A stretch of 62,906 bases of DNA, filler included. It is 9 parts of 9 records of this genome, joined end to end, with 100 filler letters (N's around TTAATTAATTAA, not from the genome) between each part and the next. Parts side by side here need not be neighbours in the genome. Positions count along the whole stretch, not along the records: positions 11,481 to 17,099 come from SRR31147125_185500; positions 17,200 to 26,583 come from SRR31147125_185632; 7 more parts are not named here. One strand, given 5' to 3'. Shown here piece by piece: positions 11,481 through 20,595 of this stretch. Every line of letters starts with the position of its first letter. Within the stretch, counting starts at the first letter, position 1. A program made the translations under genes and the position numbers. Below the pieces are notes generated by a model that was given only the letters and a program-made list of their open reading frames with translations, ran no database searches and had not been told where the DNA came from.

Positions 11481-12539
11481 GGATATTGCGGAGGAGATGC
11501 AGTCCCTGCCGGAGAAAGAGTGCCTCCACTACCGGGACAGCTGCCGTCTGAACTACCTGTCTGTTACAGGACTGACCGGCACTGTTCTGCTCGGCCCCTT
11601 TCTGACCCGGATTCCCGACAGCGTCCTGATCCGGGAGATCCTGAGCGACAACAGCCTTCCCCTTCCCTCCCGGGAATCGGTGCTCAACTATTTCAGGGGA
11701 CTGCCCATTCTGGAGAACCGGCGGATTTCCGCCCTGACGGATACCATGCGCTCCCTGAGGGGTTCAAGGATCCGCAGCGGAGAGCCGGTCCGGCGGATCC
11801 GGTCGATCCGTCCGGAGGTGCAGCCGGGTGATGTTCTGAAGGAGGAGGAGTTTCCGGATTTCTCGATTATCGAAGAACGCTACGGAGTGGAAGCGCAGAT
11901 GATGGATGCGGTCGCCCGGGGCGACAGGAAGGCAGCGGAAAACATAACTCTCAAAACAAAAGATCTGATGAACTTCCCCGACCGGATTGAGGGAGACCCG
12001 CTGCGCTCCCTGAAGGATCTGACCATTACGCTGAATACCCTCCTCCGCATCGCCGCCCGGCAGGGGGACTCCACCCCCGGTACCTGCACAGTATCTCGGA
12101 GAAATACGCCATCCTTCTGGAAAAGGGGAATACCCTGAAAGGTGTTCAGGAACTCCAGATGCGGATGATAAACGAGTACTGCGACAAGGTCCGTTACAGC
12201 AGTACGGTCAACTACAGCAGCCTTGTCAGCCGGTGCGTGCATCTGATCCTCTCCAGGCTGCAGGAGGAAGAGCTGTCTCTGGACTATCTGGCCCGGGAGC
12301 TGTCGGTCAACCCCTCCTACCTTTCCCGGCTGTTTCACAGGGAAACGGGAAAAACCCTCACCCGGTTCATTCAGGAAAAACGGATCGAAGAAGCGGCCCG
12401 GCTTCTGGTTCATACCTCTTCGTCGGTTGCGGATATCGCCCTGCAGACGGGATTCCCCGACAGCGCCTATTTCAGCCGCGTGTTCAGCCGGATCAAGGGC
12501 GTCTCTCCGACAGGCTGGAGGAACAGGCATCAGACCTGA
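11481..12539 (+). CDS. AraC-family regulator, 5'-truncated, frameshifted at G5 run 12063-12067 (probable sequencing error)
   Basis: Adding one G gives GGLHPRYLHSISEKYAILLE, running in frame into the C-terminal AraC HTH (LSVNPSYLSRLFHRETG...GFPDSAYFSRVF). Confidence 0.88.
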
Positions 12540-12569
12540 TCATGTGAAGCTGCCGGCGCCCGGCCGCCA

Positions 12570-12598
12570 TTGACATTAGTTTGGCACCCAACTATTGT
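12570..12598 (+). promoter_or_regulatory. Sigma70 promoter with an embedded MarR-type operator
   Basis: TTGACA (12570-75)-N17-TATTGT (12593-98); inverted repeat TAGTT-N8-AACTA (12577-12594). Confidence 0.65.
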
Positions 12599-12604
12599 AA
12601 AATC

Positions 12605-13033
12605 ATGGAACCCGACAACACACTCTGGATGATCGGACGGATCAGGGAAAACGCCAACAGGGTGATAACCGAAAGACTGACGGCCGCAGGATACGGAACC
12701 CTCTCACCCTCCCACGGAGATATCCTGTTTCACCTCCTCCGTAGAGGTGAAATGACAAAATCCGAGCTGTCGTCAAGGATTCACCGGGATAAATCCACTG
12801 TAACGGCCCTGCTGAAAAAACTGGGAACCGCCGGCCTGATCTGTACCAGGAAGAATCCGGAGGACAGCCGGTCGGAACTGGTCTGCCTGAGCGATGCCGG
12901 ACGGAATCTGGAACCCCTTCTTATGTCTGTTTCCCGGGAACTGATGAACCGCCTCTACGGGGGGATCGGGGAAGAGGAAATAAAGGACTTCCGGAAGACC
13001 CTGAGCCTTCTGCTCACAAATATGGAAGATTAA
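12605..13033 (+). CDS. MarR-family regulator
   Basis: SPSHGDILFHL...DKSTVTALLKKL...NPEDSRSELVCLS winged HTH. Confidence 0.92.
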   Translation: MEPDNTLWMIGRIRENANRVITERLTAAGYGTLSPSHGDILFHLLRRGEMTKSELSSRIHRDKSTVTALLKKLGTAGLICTRKNPEDSRSELVCLSDAGRNLEPLLMSVSRELMNRLYGGIGEEEIKDFRKTLSLLLTNMED

Positions 13034-13095
13034 GCCGGCCGGCTCTCACCGGAAATCTCAGACCGAATCCCTTATAATGGAACAGGGAGGGTCCG

Positions 13096-14208
13096 ATGAG
13101 TCTTGTCCATCTGGAAGATTGCGCTTTTATAATCAATCCCAGCCGGTACCCTCAGTATGCCCGGATCCTGAAGAAAATCCTGAAAAAGGTACAGGTGGGA
13201 GAGGTGGTGGAGAGCGAGAGCCGGGAGCATTTCGTCCGGGAAATCCACCGGTTCTGCCGTTCCGACCTGCCCCGGCTGCTGGTCTGGGGCGGCGACGGAA
13301 CCGCCCACGATGCGATCAACACCCTGATGGAAGAGGGAGAACGGATACCCGGCCTCCTGCAGAGCAAGGCGGTCGGATTCCTCCGGGGCGGCTCGGGCAA
13401 CGGGATTCAGGACTCCTACGAAGTCCCGGTCCGGATGATGAGCCAGCTTGCCTGCTACAGCGAAAGTCTGAAACACAACTACACCCTCAATGTGGATCTG
13501 CTGGAGGTCCGTCACGGCAGCGGGAGCCGCTTCTGCCAGCTGGCGGGAGTAGGCATGGATGCGGAGATCCTGGCCGTCCGGGACGGCAATATCATCACAC
13601 GGGGTCCCTATGAAGGCCTCCCCAAACGGGGGATTCTCAGCTATGTGTCCTCGGCCCTCAATGCCTACTTCTCAGAATACACCGGAGAGCGGACCCGCTT
13701 TCGGCTCACCATGCATCAGGGTAATCTTGCCCTGAGGGGGACCTGGGTCAATGCGGAGTTCAGTTTCAGCAAACTGAGCACCCTCCGCTCCCCCATGATG
13801 ATAGAGATGGGCACCCGTCCCTACTACGCCAAGATGTTCCGGGTCTGTCCGGATGTGGTGTGCAACGACGGGCTGATGGGGGTCTATCTGTTCAATATCC
13901 ACCGCCGTCTGACGGTGATTGTGAACCTGCCCTGGGTCTGGATGGGCAGGCACGACCAGATCAACAAGAAGTCAGCCAGGAAAGGCGCCCCTCTGATAGA
14001 ACGGTACGAAGTGAACCGTACGGTCCTCCAGGCGGAAACGCCGTTCCTCTATCATGTGGACGGGGAACTGAAGCAGGCCGACCGGGAGGAGAACGGTCTG
14101 TACACACTGGATGTCACCATTCATCCCCGGGTCCTGCCTCTACTGGTACCGCCCACGTTCTACCGGAAATTTCATCTGGAAGATGAAAACATGTCCATTA
14201 TCCGCTGA
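13096..14208 (+). CDS. Diacylglycerol/lipid kinase family protein (YegS/DagK-like)
   Basis: IINP, WGGDGTAHDAIN, GGSGNG, GVGMDA and HVDGE motifs; AGGGAGG RBS. Confidence 0.85.
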   Translation: MSLVHLEDCAFIINPSRYPQYARILKKILKKVQVGEVVESESREHFVREIHRFCRSDLPRLLVWGGDGTAHDAINTLMEEGERIPGLLQSKAVGFLRGGSGNGIQDSYEVPVRMMSQLACYSESLKHNYTLNVDLLEVRHGSGSRFCQLAGVGMDAEILAVRDGNIITRGPYEGLPKRGILSYVSSALNAYFSEYTGERTRFRLTMHQGNLALRGTWVNAEFSFSKLSTLRSPMMIEMGTRPYYAKMFRVCPDVVCNDGLMGVYLFNIHRRLTVIVNLPWVWMGRHDQINKKSARKGAPLIERYEVNRTVLQAETPFLYHVDGELKQADREENGLYTLDVTIHPRVLPLLVPPTFYRKFHLEDENMSIIR

Positions 14209-14220
14209 GGATTTCCGGAC

Positions 14221-14874
14221 TCAGTACACCCAGCCCAGTATCCCGCCGCCGATGATATTCATCAGAATGGCCAGGCCGTAAACGGTCCCGATCACCGCCA
14301 GCTTCTTCCTGTAGGAATCCAGTTCGATCACAACCTTGGTGATCACGAAAAACCAGAAGTAGCCGATCAGGAAGATCAGCCAGATGCCGCCGAAGGAACG
14401 GTCCCAGAAGGGGTATTCCCAGATCAGGTGTCCTCCGATATTGAGAAGAACCTCGACAAAGACACAGAAGGCGGAATAGACGACCGCCCAGAACCAGCGG
14501 TTGGGTATCCCGAGGATCCGGACACTCCTGTCGTCCTCGATGGTATTGCAGTAGATGATTCCGATTATGGCGAACATGAACATGATTTCAATGTTCCACC
14601 CCACCATGGTGCGGAGGGCCGACGGTCCCGGTGCGGTCCAGAAGGCGGACCGTCCGGTCAGGTGAAACACCCACCCGTTCCAGGTCTCGTTCAGAAAATC
14701 CGCACCGAACAGGGTCAGTCCCGCCAGAACAGAGTTCCAGTTGCCAGTTGCCTTCGATTTTTTCATTTCCGACGTGTAGATGTAGAAAGTCAGGGCCAGC
14801 AGGGGGATGACATACCACTGGAGGGTGGAAAGGTCCCGTAAACCGGTCAGGGCGCGTGCAGAAGCATCAGTCAT
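14221..14874 (-). CDS. Conserved hypothetical multi-pass membrane protein
   Basis: 217-aa ORF with AAGGAG RBS; about 6-7 hydrophobic segments, Trp-rich, with polar motifs DFLNETWN and GWNIEI. Confidence 0.8.
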   Translation of the reverse strand: MTDASARALTGLRDLSTLQWYVIPLLALTFYIYTSEMKKSKATGNWNSVLAGLTLFGADFLNETWNGWVFHLTGRSAFWTAPGPSALRTMVGWNIEIMFMFAIIGIIYCNTIEDDRSVRILGIPNRWFWAVVYSAFCVFVEVLLNIGGHLIWEYPFWDRSFGGIWLIFLIGYFWFFVITKVVIELDSYRKKLAVIGTVYGLAILMNIIGGGILGWVY

Positions 14875-14974
14875 ATAAATCTCCTTTACTTATCGGCGGT
14901 CTTCCCGGATAAAGGATCCGGGGATTCCGTCAAAATGATTGACAGATTCCGGATTCAGGATTTAAATGTATTAT

Positions 14975-14997
14975 TGAATAAATTATTTATTTATTCA
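14975..14997. promoter_or_regulatory. Probable TetR operator
   Basis: Perfect 9-bp inverted repeat TGAATAAAT-N5-ATTTATTCA between the divergent membrane-protein and tetR genes. Confidence 0.7.
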
Positions 14998-15008
14998 TTT
15001 ATACTATT

Positions 15009-15602
15009 ATGAGAAAGAAGAAAGAGCAATCAGAAATTTACGAATCCGCCCTGAACCAGTTTGCCCTGTACGGATACGGCAAGACGACCCTGGACGATAT
15101 CGCCGCTGCCCTGGAGATGACCAAGAGCAACCTCTATCGGTATGCCCGGAACAAGAAGGATCTGTACGAGCAGGCCGTCCGATACGGGCTGCAGAAATGG
15201 CAGAGCCGGGCGGCCGAAGCGATCGAAGACCTGCCCGATCCGGCGGAGCAGTTCCGGGTTTTCTGCACCACCGGATTCAACTACCTGGCCCGTGACCGGG
15301 TTCTCCGGTCCATCCTGATCCGGGATCCTTCCATCTTTCCCGTGACCGCCTCGGAAGACCGGTTTGCGGACATCAACGACGCCTCCGCCGGTTTTTTGGA
15401 ACAGATCCTCCGGAGAGGCATCGCGGAGGGTGTCTTCCGGGACCTGCCCGTCCGGGAGACGACACGCTACCTCTATTCGGTGTATGTTATGTTCATAGTA
15501 CGAACCTACGTCAAAGGCGAAGGGATCAGCACCGCCGACCTGTTCGATGCCGCCATGGATCTGAATCTGAACGGCCTGCTCTCCCGGGAGAAGAAAAAGT
15601 GA
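15009..15602 (+). CDS. TetR/AcrR-family regulator
   Basis: FALYGYGKTTLDDIAAALEMTKSNLYRY HTH. Confidence 0.93.
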   Translation: MRKKKEQSEIYESALNQFALYGYGKTTLDDIAAALEMTKSNLYRYARNKKDLYEQAVRYGLQKWQSRAAEAIEDLPDPAEQFRVFCTTGFNYLARDRVLRSILIRDPSIFPVTASEDRFADINDASAGFLEQILRRGIAEGVFRDLPVRETTRYLYSVYVMFIVRTYVKGEGISTADLFDAAMDLNLNGLLSREKKK

Positions 15603-16114
15603 AAGAGACAGAACTGCGTATTACCCCCGCCGGTCCGGATGAGACCGCCGAAGTGTCCGGACTGGTCCTTCAGGTTTTCGATGAATTCGTCGGCCGGGAC
15701 TACGGAGAACAGGGGAACCGGATCTTCCGGGAATTCGCCTCTCCGGCGGAAATGGAAAAGAGGCTCCGGGCAGGAAGCTTCATCCTCTGTGCCCGGACGG
15801 GAGACAGGACGGGTGACAGGATGGCCGGGGTGATCGAAATCCGGGAGCACCATCATATATGTCTTCTCTTTGTCAGGAAAGAGTATCACGGCAGGGGGAT
15901 CGCCGGCCGCCTCCTGGAGAAGTCCCTCGGGATCATCAGGGAACGGGCCCCGGAGGTGACAAAGCTGACAGTCAACTCCTCCCCCTACGCGGAAAAAGCC
16001 TATGAAAAACTCGGTTTCTCCCCGACAGGGCCTCTCTGCGAGAGAGACGGCATCCGTTCTATTCCCATGGAGATGAACCTGGAATCCTCCAGTCCTGCCG
16101 CCTGTTCAGGCTGA
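15599..16114 (+). CDS. GNAT-family N-acetyltransferase
   Basis: LLFVRKEYHGRGIA motif A and TVNSSPYA..AYEKLGF; GTGA overlap with the tetR stop. Confidence 0.92.
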   Translation: MKETELRITPAGPDETAEVSGLVLQVFDEFVGRDYGEQGNRIFREFASPAEMEKRLRAGSFILCARTGDRTGDRMAGVIEIREHHHICLLFVRKEYHGRGIAGRLLEKSLGIIRERAPEVTKLTVNSSPYAEKAYEKLGFSPTGPLCERDGIRSIPMEMNLESSSPAACSG

Positions 16115-16128
16115 TCCATCCCGCCGTA

Positions 16129-16157
16129 TTGAAAGTCCCGTCCGGGAAGTTTACAAT
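16129..16157 (+). promoter_or_regulatory. Sigma70 promoter of mntP
   Basis: TTGAAA-N17-TACAAT. Confidence 0.65.
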
Positions 16158-16220
16158 CAGAGCCAAGACCTGGCGGAACCGAACCGGTCCGGCGGCGTAA
16201 GTCCCACTTCCGGAGTAGCA

Positions 16221-16791
16221 ATGACCTTTCTGACCCTGATGATTACCGCTGTCGCCCTCTCCATGGACGCCTTTGCGGCCTCCCTCTCCTGCGGCTGTAC
16301 TATGGACAAATTCAAACACCGCCACTGTCTTCTAACCGCTTTCCTGTTCGGTCTTTTCCAGGCCGTAATGCCCCTGATCGGCTGGGCCGGGACCGGCTTT
16401 TTCCGGGGAGTGGGTGGAACGGGCGGATCACTGGATAGCCTTCGGTCTCCTGAGCTTCATCGGAGCCAAAATGATCTGGGAGAGCTTTCATCCCGACGGG
16501 GAGTGTAAGGATCCGGAGGACATGTTCAGACTGAAGAACCTGCTTGTCCTGGCGGTGGCCACCAGCATCGACGCCCTGGCGGTGGGGATCACCTTCTCCT
16601 TTCTGGACTACCCCATCCTGATAGCCGCCCCGGTGATCGGCCTCACCACCTTCGCGATCTCCTATATCGGCGTCCGGGCGGGCCATCGCCTCAGTCACCT
16701 GTTCGGCGAGCGGATGGAAGCTCTGGGCGGCGCGGTTCTGATCCTGATCGGCCTGAGGATCCTCCTGGAACACACGGGAATTCTGTTCTGA
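16221..16791 (+). CDS. mntP: Manganese efflux pump MntP, frameshifted at G4 run 16405-16408 (probable error)
   Basis: VALSMDAFAAS, FGLFQAVMPLIGW, DHWIAFGLL and LAVATSIDALAVG; removing one G joins the two ORFs. Confidence 0.92.
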
Positions 16792-16841
16792 GACTCATCC
16801 GGTCAAAAAAACGCTCGAACAGGCTGGACTATATCTATTAT

Positions 16842-16878
16842 TTCATATATAAACAATTCGACATTTAATATATATGAA
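16842..16878. promoter_or_regulatory. Inverted repeat in an AT-rich promoter region (possible metalloregulator operator)
   Basis: TTCATATATA-N17-TATATATGAA perfect 10-bp inverted repeat just upstream of the ATG at 16890. Confidence 0.4.
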
Positions 16879-16889
16879 GTATTTAATAG

Positions 16890-17099
16890 ATGACAATTTT
16901 TAAACTGAAGAAAGAGTGGAACTGGGTACTGATTGTCCTGTTCTTTGCCCTTTCCATATTCAATACCTGGTTCGGTCTTCTGGGATTCCTCTGTATGGGC
17001 TCCCCCATCCTGCACGCTCTGAAGGGAAACGGCCGGCGCCACTGCTCCCGCTACTGTCCCCGGGGTTCCTTCCTGGGAAAGTTCATGAGAAGAATTTCC
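16890..17099 (+). CDS. Membrane 4Fe-4S-binding protein (NapH/FixG-like CxxxCP motif), 3'-truncated
   Basis: Hydrophobic N-terminus followed by GRRHCSRYCPRGSF. Confidence 0.7.
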
Positions 17100-17199
17100 N
17101 NNNNNNNNNNNNNNNNNNNNNNNNNNNNNNNNNNNNNNNNNNNTTAATTAATTAANNNNNNNNNNNNNNNNNNNNNNNNNNNNNNNNNNNNNNNNNNNN

Positions 17200-17370
17200 G
17201 TCTTCCATCTGGATGAATTTCTTGCCGGCCGCCGGCGACATCGCCGCCAGTGTTTCAGCAATCTCGGTGGAAGGCGTGATCGGGTAGCCCGCATAAAAAT
17301 CGAGGCCGGCGTACATGGCTCCCAGTGCACAGGCCTCGTTGCCCTGTACAAACTTGATGTTTTTCGCCAT
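17200..17370 (-). CDS. 2-oxoacid:ferredoxin oxidoreductase alpha subunit, 3'-truncated
   Basis: [10 protein letters not shown]...[14 protein letters not shown]...FIQMED. Confidence 0.93.
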
Positions 17371-17371
17371 C

Positions 17372-17608
17372 TCAGCTATCCCCCTTTGCGGATTCTTCGA
17401 CATACTTGACCATTACCGTTATAGCCAGATCAGGGCAGATCTGCTCACACAGCTGGCAGGCGATACAATCCTGCTTGCGGGCAGCTACCGCCTTCTCCTT
17501 TTTATCCAGTTCCAGTACGTTCTTCGGGCACATGGCGACGCAGATACCACACCCCTTGCACCACTCACGGTTTATAACATGCCGTTTCAACTTCCTTTTC
17601 TTTGCCAT
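17372..17608 (-). CDS. 2x[4Fe-4S] ferredoxin (delta) subunit
   Basis: [12 protein letters not shown] and [12 protein letters not shown]. Confidence 0.93.
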   Translation of the reverse strand: MAKKRKLKRHVINREWCKGCGICVAMCPKNVLELDKKEKAVAARKQDCIACQLCEQICPDLAITVMVKYVEESAKGDS

Positions 17609-17714
17609 TGGGTTCCCTTAACCGGTGCTTGTTCTGTTACGCAGGACGCCGTTCTAAAAATGCGATCCCCGTATTTGTCCCCCCCATATACACCTTACGT
17701 TTCGAATAATCAAT

Positions 17715-18770
17715 CTAAGTCTGAAGTCTTGTCCCCAATATTTTCAGCAGAACCGGAATAAGGACAAATAACAACCCAAGTCTGAACAGATGATGCCCCG
17801 CGACAAAGGCAGGATCATACCCCAGTGAAAGGGCCATCGCAGCCATCGCCTCGATGCCGCCGGGGGCATATGCAACGAACACCTGGGCAAATGAAAGAGA
17901 CAGGATAGATGAGGTAATGTATGCGAACAATGCAGCTATAGATGAAGAACCGACCGTTACGATGAAGGAAACCTTCAGCAGCAATCGCATTTCGCTGAGA
18001 GAAATGTGTGAAAACCGCGCCCCCACGACCGTGCCGATAAGCGCGAACCCGACAAACAGGAGCGGGGCTGGCGGTCTGCCCGACACCAGTTCTCCGACGT
18101 GTGCAACAGCGCTGATCACCGTTCCGGTAAGCAGGTAGGCAGACGGAAGATTGAGCAGTTCCAGCCATCTTCCTGCGCCCAACGTCGCAACAAAGAGCAG
18201 GACAAAGCCGGCTATACTCATCGTGGCGACGACGTTTTCACCGGTCCCGCCGCGTGGTTCATGATTACAAAAATACCCGAGCAACAACGGGAGCACGACA
18301 ATCAATCCCATAACCCGAAGAGACTGGATCACCACGATCGAGCGGGCATCGCCGACACCGTCTGCGGTAATTGACAGCGTATATGCCAACGCGCCCGGAG
18401 AGGTCGAGAGAATTGCCGTTTCCGGAGACAGATTGAAGAACCGGGTCAGAAACCAGCTACCGGCGAGCATGATGACCAGTATGGATATTGTGAGAATACA
18501 GAGACTGAGCGGCCAGTGCATAGCCTGGCTGACAAAATTCTTCGTCAGCCCGCTCCCGAGCGAGCAGCCGATGATCGCAAACGCAACGATGCGCAAGGAC
18601 GACGGTATCGTACCGGTAACGTTGAAACAGGAAGCGAGGAAAGCAGCGATGGATGAGCCAAGCAGGGCACCTGCAGGCAATCCGGTAGCCGTTGCCAGTG
18701 CAGCTCCGGTGAAACCGATTGTTATTGTGGAAAGTGTTTTTATTCCAGCAGTTGTCATTTTCGTCATCAT
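17715..18770 (-). CDS. AbrB-family (AidB regulator / putative ammonia monooxygenase) membrane protein
   Basis: Duplicated membrane repeat with LPAGALLGS, STSPGAL, AYAPGGIEAM and HHLFRL. Confidence 0.88.
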   Translation of the reverse strand: MMTKMTTAGIKTLSTITIGFTGAALATATGLPAGALLGSSIAAFLASCFNVTGTIPSSLRIVAFAIIGCSLGSGLTKNFVSQAMHWPLSLCILTISILVIMLAGSWFLTRFFNLSPETAILSTSPGALAYTLSITADGVGDARSIVVIQSLRVMGLIVVLPLLLGYFCNHEPRGGTGENVVATMSIAGFVLLFVATLGAGRWLELLNLPSAYLLTGTVISAVAHVGELVSGRPPAPLLFVGFALIGTVVGARFSHISLSEMRLLLKVSFIVTVGSSSIAALFAYITSSILSLSFAQVFVAYAPGGIEAMAAMALSLGYDPAFVAGHHLFRLGLLFVLIPVLLKILGTRLQT

Positions 18771-18846
18771 AGCTGTACTGCTGAACAGGCGTACATACTC
18801 CCACTTTGTCACCGGACAGCAAACACGGTCTGCAGAAATCTGAGAA

Positions 18847-19083
18847 TTATCGCGAGACTGCGGCGGCAGGATCCTGACCGCTCGCTTCGAGGCGGGGCCT
18901 GACGAAACCAGTTTCAATCATTTCCTCTATAAATTCATTGAGGAATAACACTGCATCTGCAGACCGCTTCAGCACCCCGATTGCTTGCCTGATCTCCATG
19001 AATGAACCTTCTACGACCCTGAACTTCGGATTGAGCGCCGCAAAGGCAGCCAACGCCGGCTTGATTCCTGCAGCCACATCGAG
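18847..19083 (-). pseudogene. C-terminal remnant of an ABC-type substrate-binding protein gene
   Basis: LDVAAGIKPAL...GSFMEIRQAIGV...FLNEFIEEMIETGFV resembles a family-3 SBP C-terminus; the upstream sequence shows no matching N-terminal part. Confidence 0.6.
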
Positions 19084-19280
19084 TTTTCGGCAACGAACAG
19101 ATCGACGGCGCCGGATGTGGTCGAGGTTCTCACGAGTTCTGCGTTTTCGAGGGTCCGTCAAAGATACAGATCATACGCCGCATTCTTACCCACCGAAATA
19201 CGTACACCCGTTTGATCAACATCGTCAACAGTAATATACGGAGTTAACGCGGATGAGCGATACGCGAAACTAACAACCAG

Positions 19281-20360
19281 CTATACGCGGTTTTCAAGAT
19301 GATGCCGGTAATGACGGAGCTGATCGGCCGAGATTTCGTCGGGGCCGGCAGAAGACTGTCCCGATTCGCGCAGCCAGTATTGCAGCGCGCGACGGCCGAC
19401 CTTCCTCCCGAAAATCAGCTTACGCTGTGCGCCCACGGTCTCCGGCGAAAACGGCTCATAGGTCTGCGGATCTGCAATAAGCCCCTGCAGGTGCAGTCCC
19501 GTCTCGCACGAGAAGATGTCCTTTCCCGTAAGGGGCTGATTTCCAGGTATTTCTCGGTTGGTAAAGGAGGCGATATCGCCAGCGAGTCCGGTAAGAACCG
19601 ATATGTCGAGATGCGGGCAACCGCAGCGCAATTGCAGGAAACCTGCCATTTCTTCCAGGCGCGCACATCCGGTGCGCTCCCCGAGCCCCAGCACAGTGCC
19701 GTCGGCCCAGATCGCCCCGCTCTCCAGCGCGGTTATCGCGTTAGCCGACGCCATGCCGAAATCGTTGTGGGTATGAATGCCGAGCTCGGTTTCCGTCAGT
19801 ACTTCGGACACCTGGCGTATCAGTTCAACAACCTGCATCGGCGAACAGATACCGACCGTATCTGCGAGCCTGACCCGCACCGCTCCCGCCTGCTCGGCAC
19901 GCTCAGCCATTTCAATAAGGAACCCGGTATCGGCCCGCGTTGCATCCTCGAACCCAACCGATACTGCCAGGCTGCGTTCGTGCACCCGTTCCACCGATTC
20001 CGTCAGTGTCCGCCGAGCCCACGCTCTGTCTTTTCCAAGTTTCGTGGTCAAGTGAAGATCCGATACCGGGATCGACAGCGACACGATATCCGGCCGAATC
20101 TCGGCGGCATGATCGATGTCGTCCGGCCTGCACCGGCTCCACACGGAGATCTGCAGCTGCGGGTGATGGATCCTGCAGTAGCGGGCCAACTCCGCGCTGC
20201 ACTCGGCAAGCACAGTAGCCAGGCCGACCTCGATTTCCGCAATTCCGGCCTTGGCCAGCCCGTCGATAATGTGCTTCTTCTCGTCGAGAGTGAATTTCAC
20301 CCCCGGTGTCTGCTCACCCTCTCTCAGGGTCGTATCTATAAGTCGGTAGCTTTTCGCCAT
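19281..20360 (-). CDS. nifV: Homocitrate synthase (DRE-TIM metallolyase), NifV-like
   Basis: IDTTLREGEQTPG, GFEDATRAD, RVRLADTVG, HTHNDFGMA.AN, IFSCETGLH.QG...TYEPF; no LeuA regulatory domain; sigma54 promoter. Confidence 0.8.
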   Translation of the reverse strand: MAKSYRLIDTTLREGEQTPGVKFTLDEKKHIIDGLAKAGIAEIEVGLATVLAECSAELARYCRIHHPQLQISVWSRCRPDDIDHAAEIRPDIVSLSIPVSDLHLTTKLGKDRAWARRTLTESVERVHERSLAVSVGFEDATRADTGFLIEMAERAEQAGAVRVRLADTVGICSPMQVVELIRQVSEVLTETELGIHTHNDFGMASANAITALESGAIWADGTVLGLGERTGCARLEEMAGFLQLRCGCPHLDISVLTGLAGDIASFTNREIPGNQPLTGKDIFSCETGLHLQGLIADPQTYEPFSPETVGAQRKLIFGRKVGRRALQYWLRESGQSSAGPDEISADQLRHYRHHLENRV

Positions 20361-20397
20361 CTCAGTTCCTGTCTGAATTAATCGTCAGGAATTCAAG

Positions 20398-20413
20398 AGC
20401 AAGAAAGGTACCA
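20398..20413 (-). promoter_or_regulatory. Sigma54 (-24/-12) promoter of nifV
   Basis: TGGTAC-CTTTC-TTGCT on the minus strand, about 38 nt upstream of the ATG. Confidence 0.8.
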
Positions 20414-20486
20414 GTTTAGTTTAGCCGGATATCCGGTCGATTACCGGCAGATCGCTGATGAGTGTCACCTCTCCGCCGGACACACT

Positions 20487-20520
20487 TGTCTCGCAGCTAC
20501 AGAAATGTAGATTTCCGACA
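20487..20520. promoter_or_regulatory. Two tandem TGT-N9-ACA boxes (candidate enhancer for nifV)
   Basis: TGTCTCGCAGCTACA (20487-20501) and TGTAGATTTCCGACA (20506-20520), about 75-105 bp upstream of the sigma54 site. Confidence 0.55.
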
Positions 20521-20595
20521 CACCGTTCGTTCGGGAGGATGGAGCGCGGCCCCGCACTGCCGGAGGAGACCAGCCTGCGGCTTCTGCGCGGAAGA

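Noticed and set aside
16141-16214. TCCGGGAAGT / ACTTCCGGA pairing that would sequester the mntP SD
   Set aside because: The 5' strand lies inside the predicted promoter spacer and would not be in the mntP transcript, unless there is read-through from the GNAT gene.
19299-20381. Long antisense ORFs (here 360 aa; also 22836-23888, 36427-37566 and 57076-58242)
   Set aside because: These are shadow frames opposite well-supported GC-rich genes, with no recognisable motifs.
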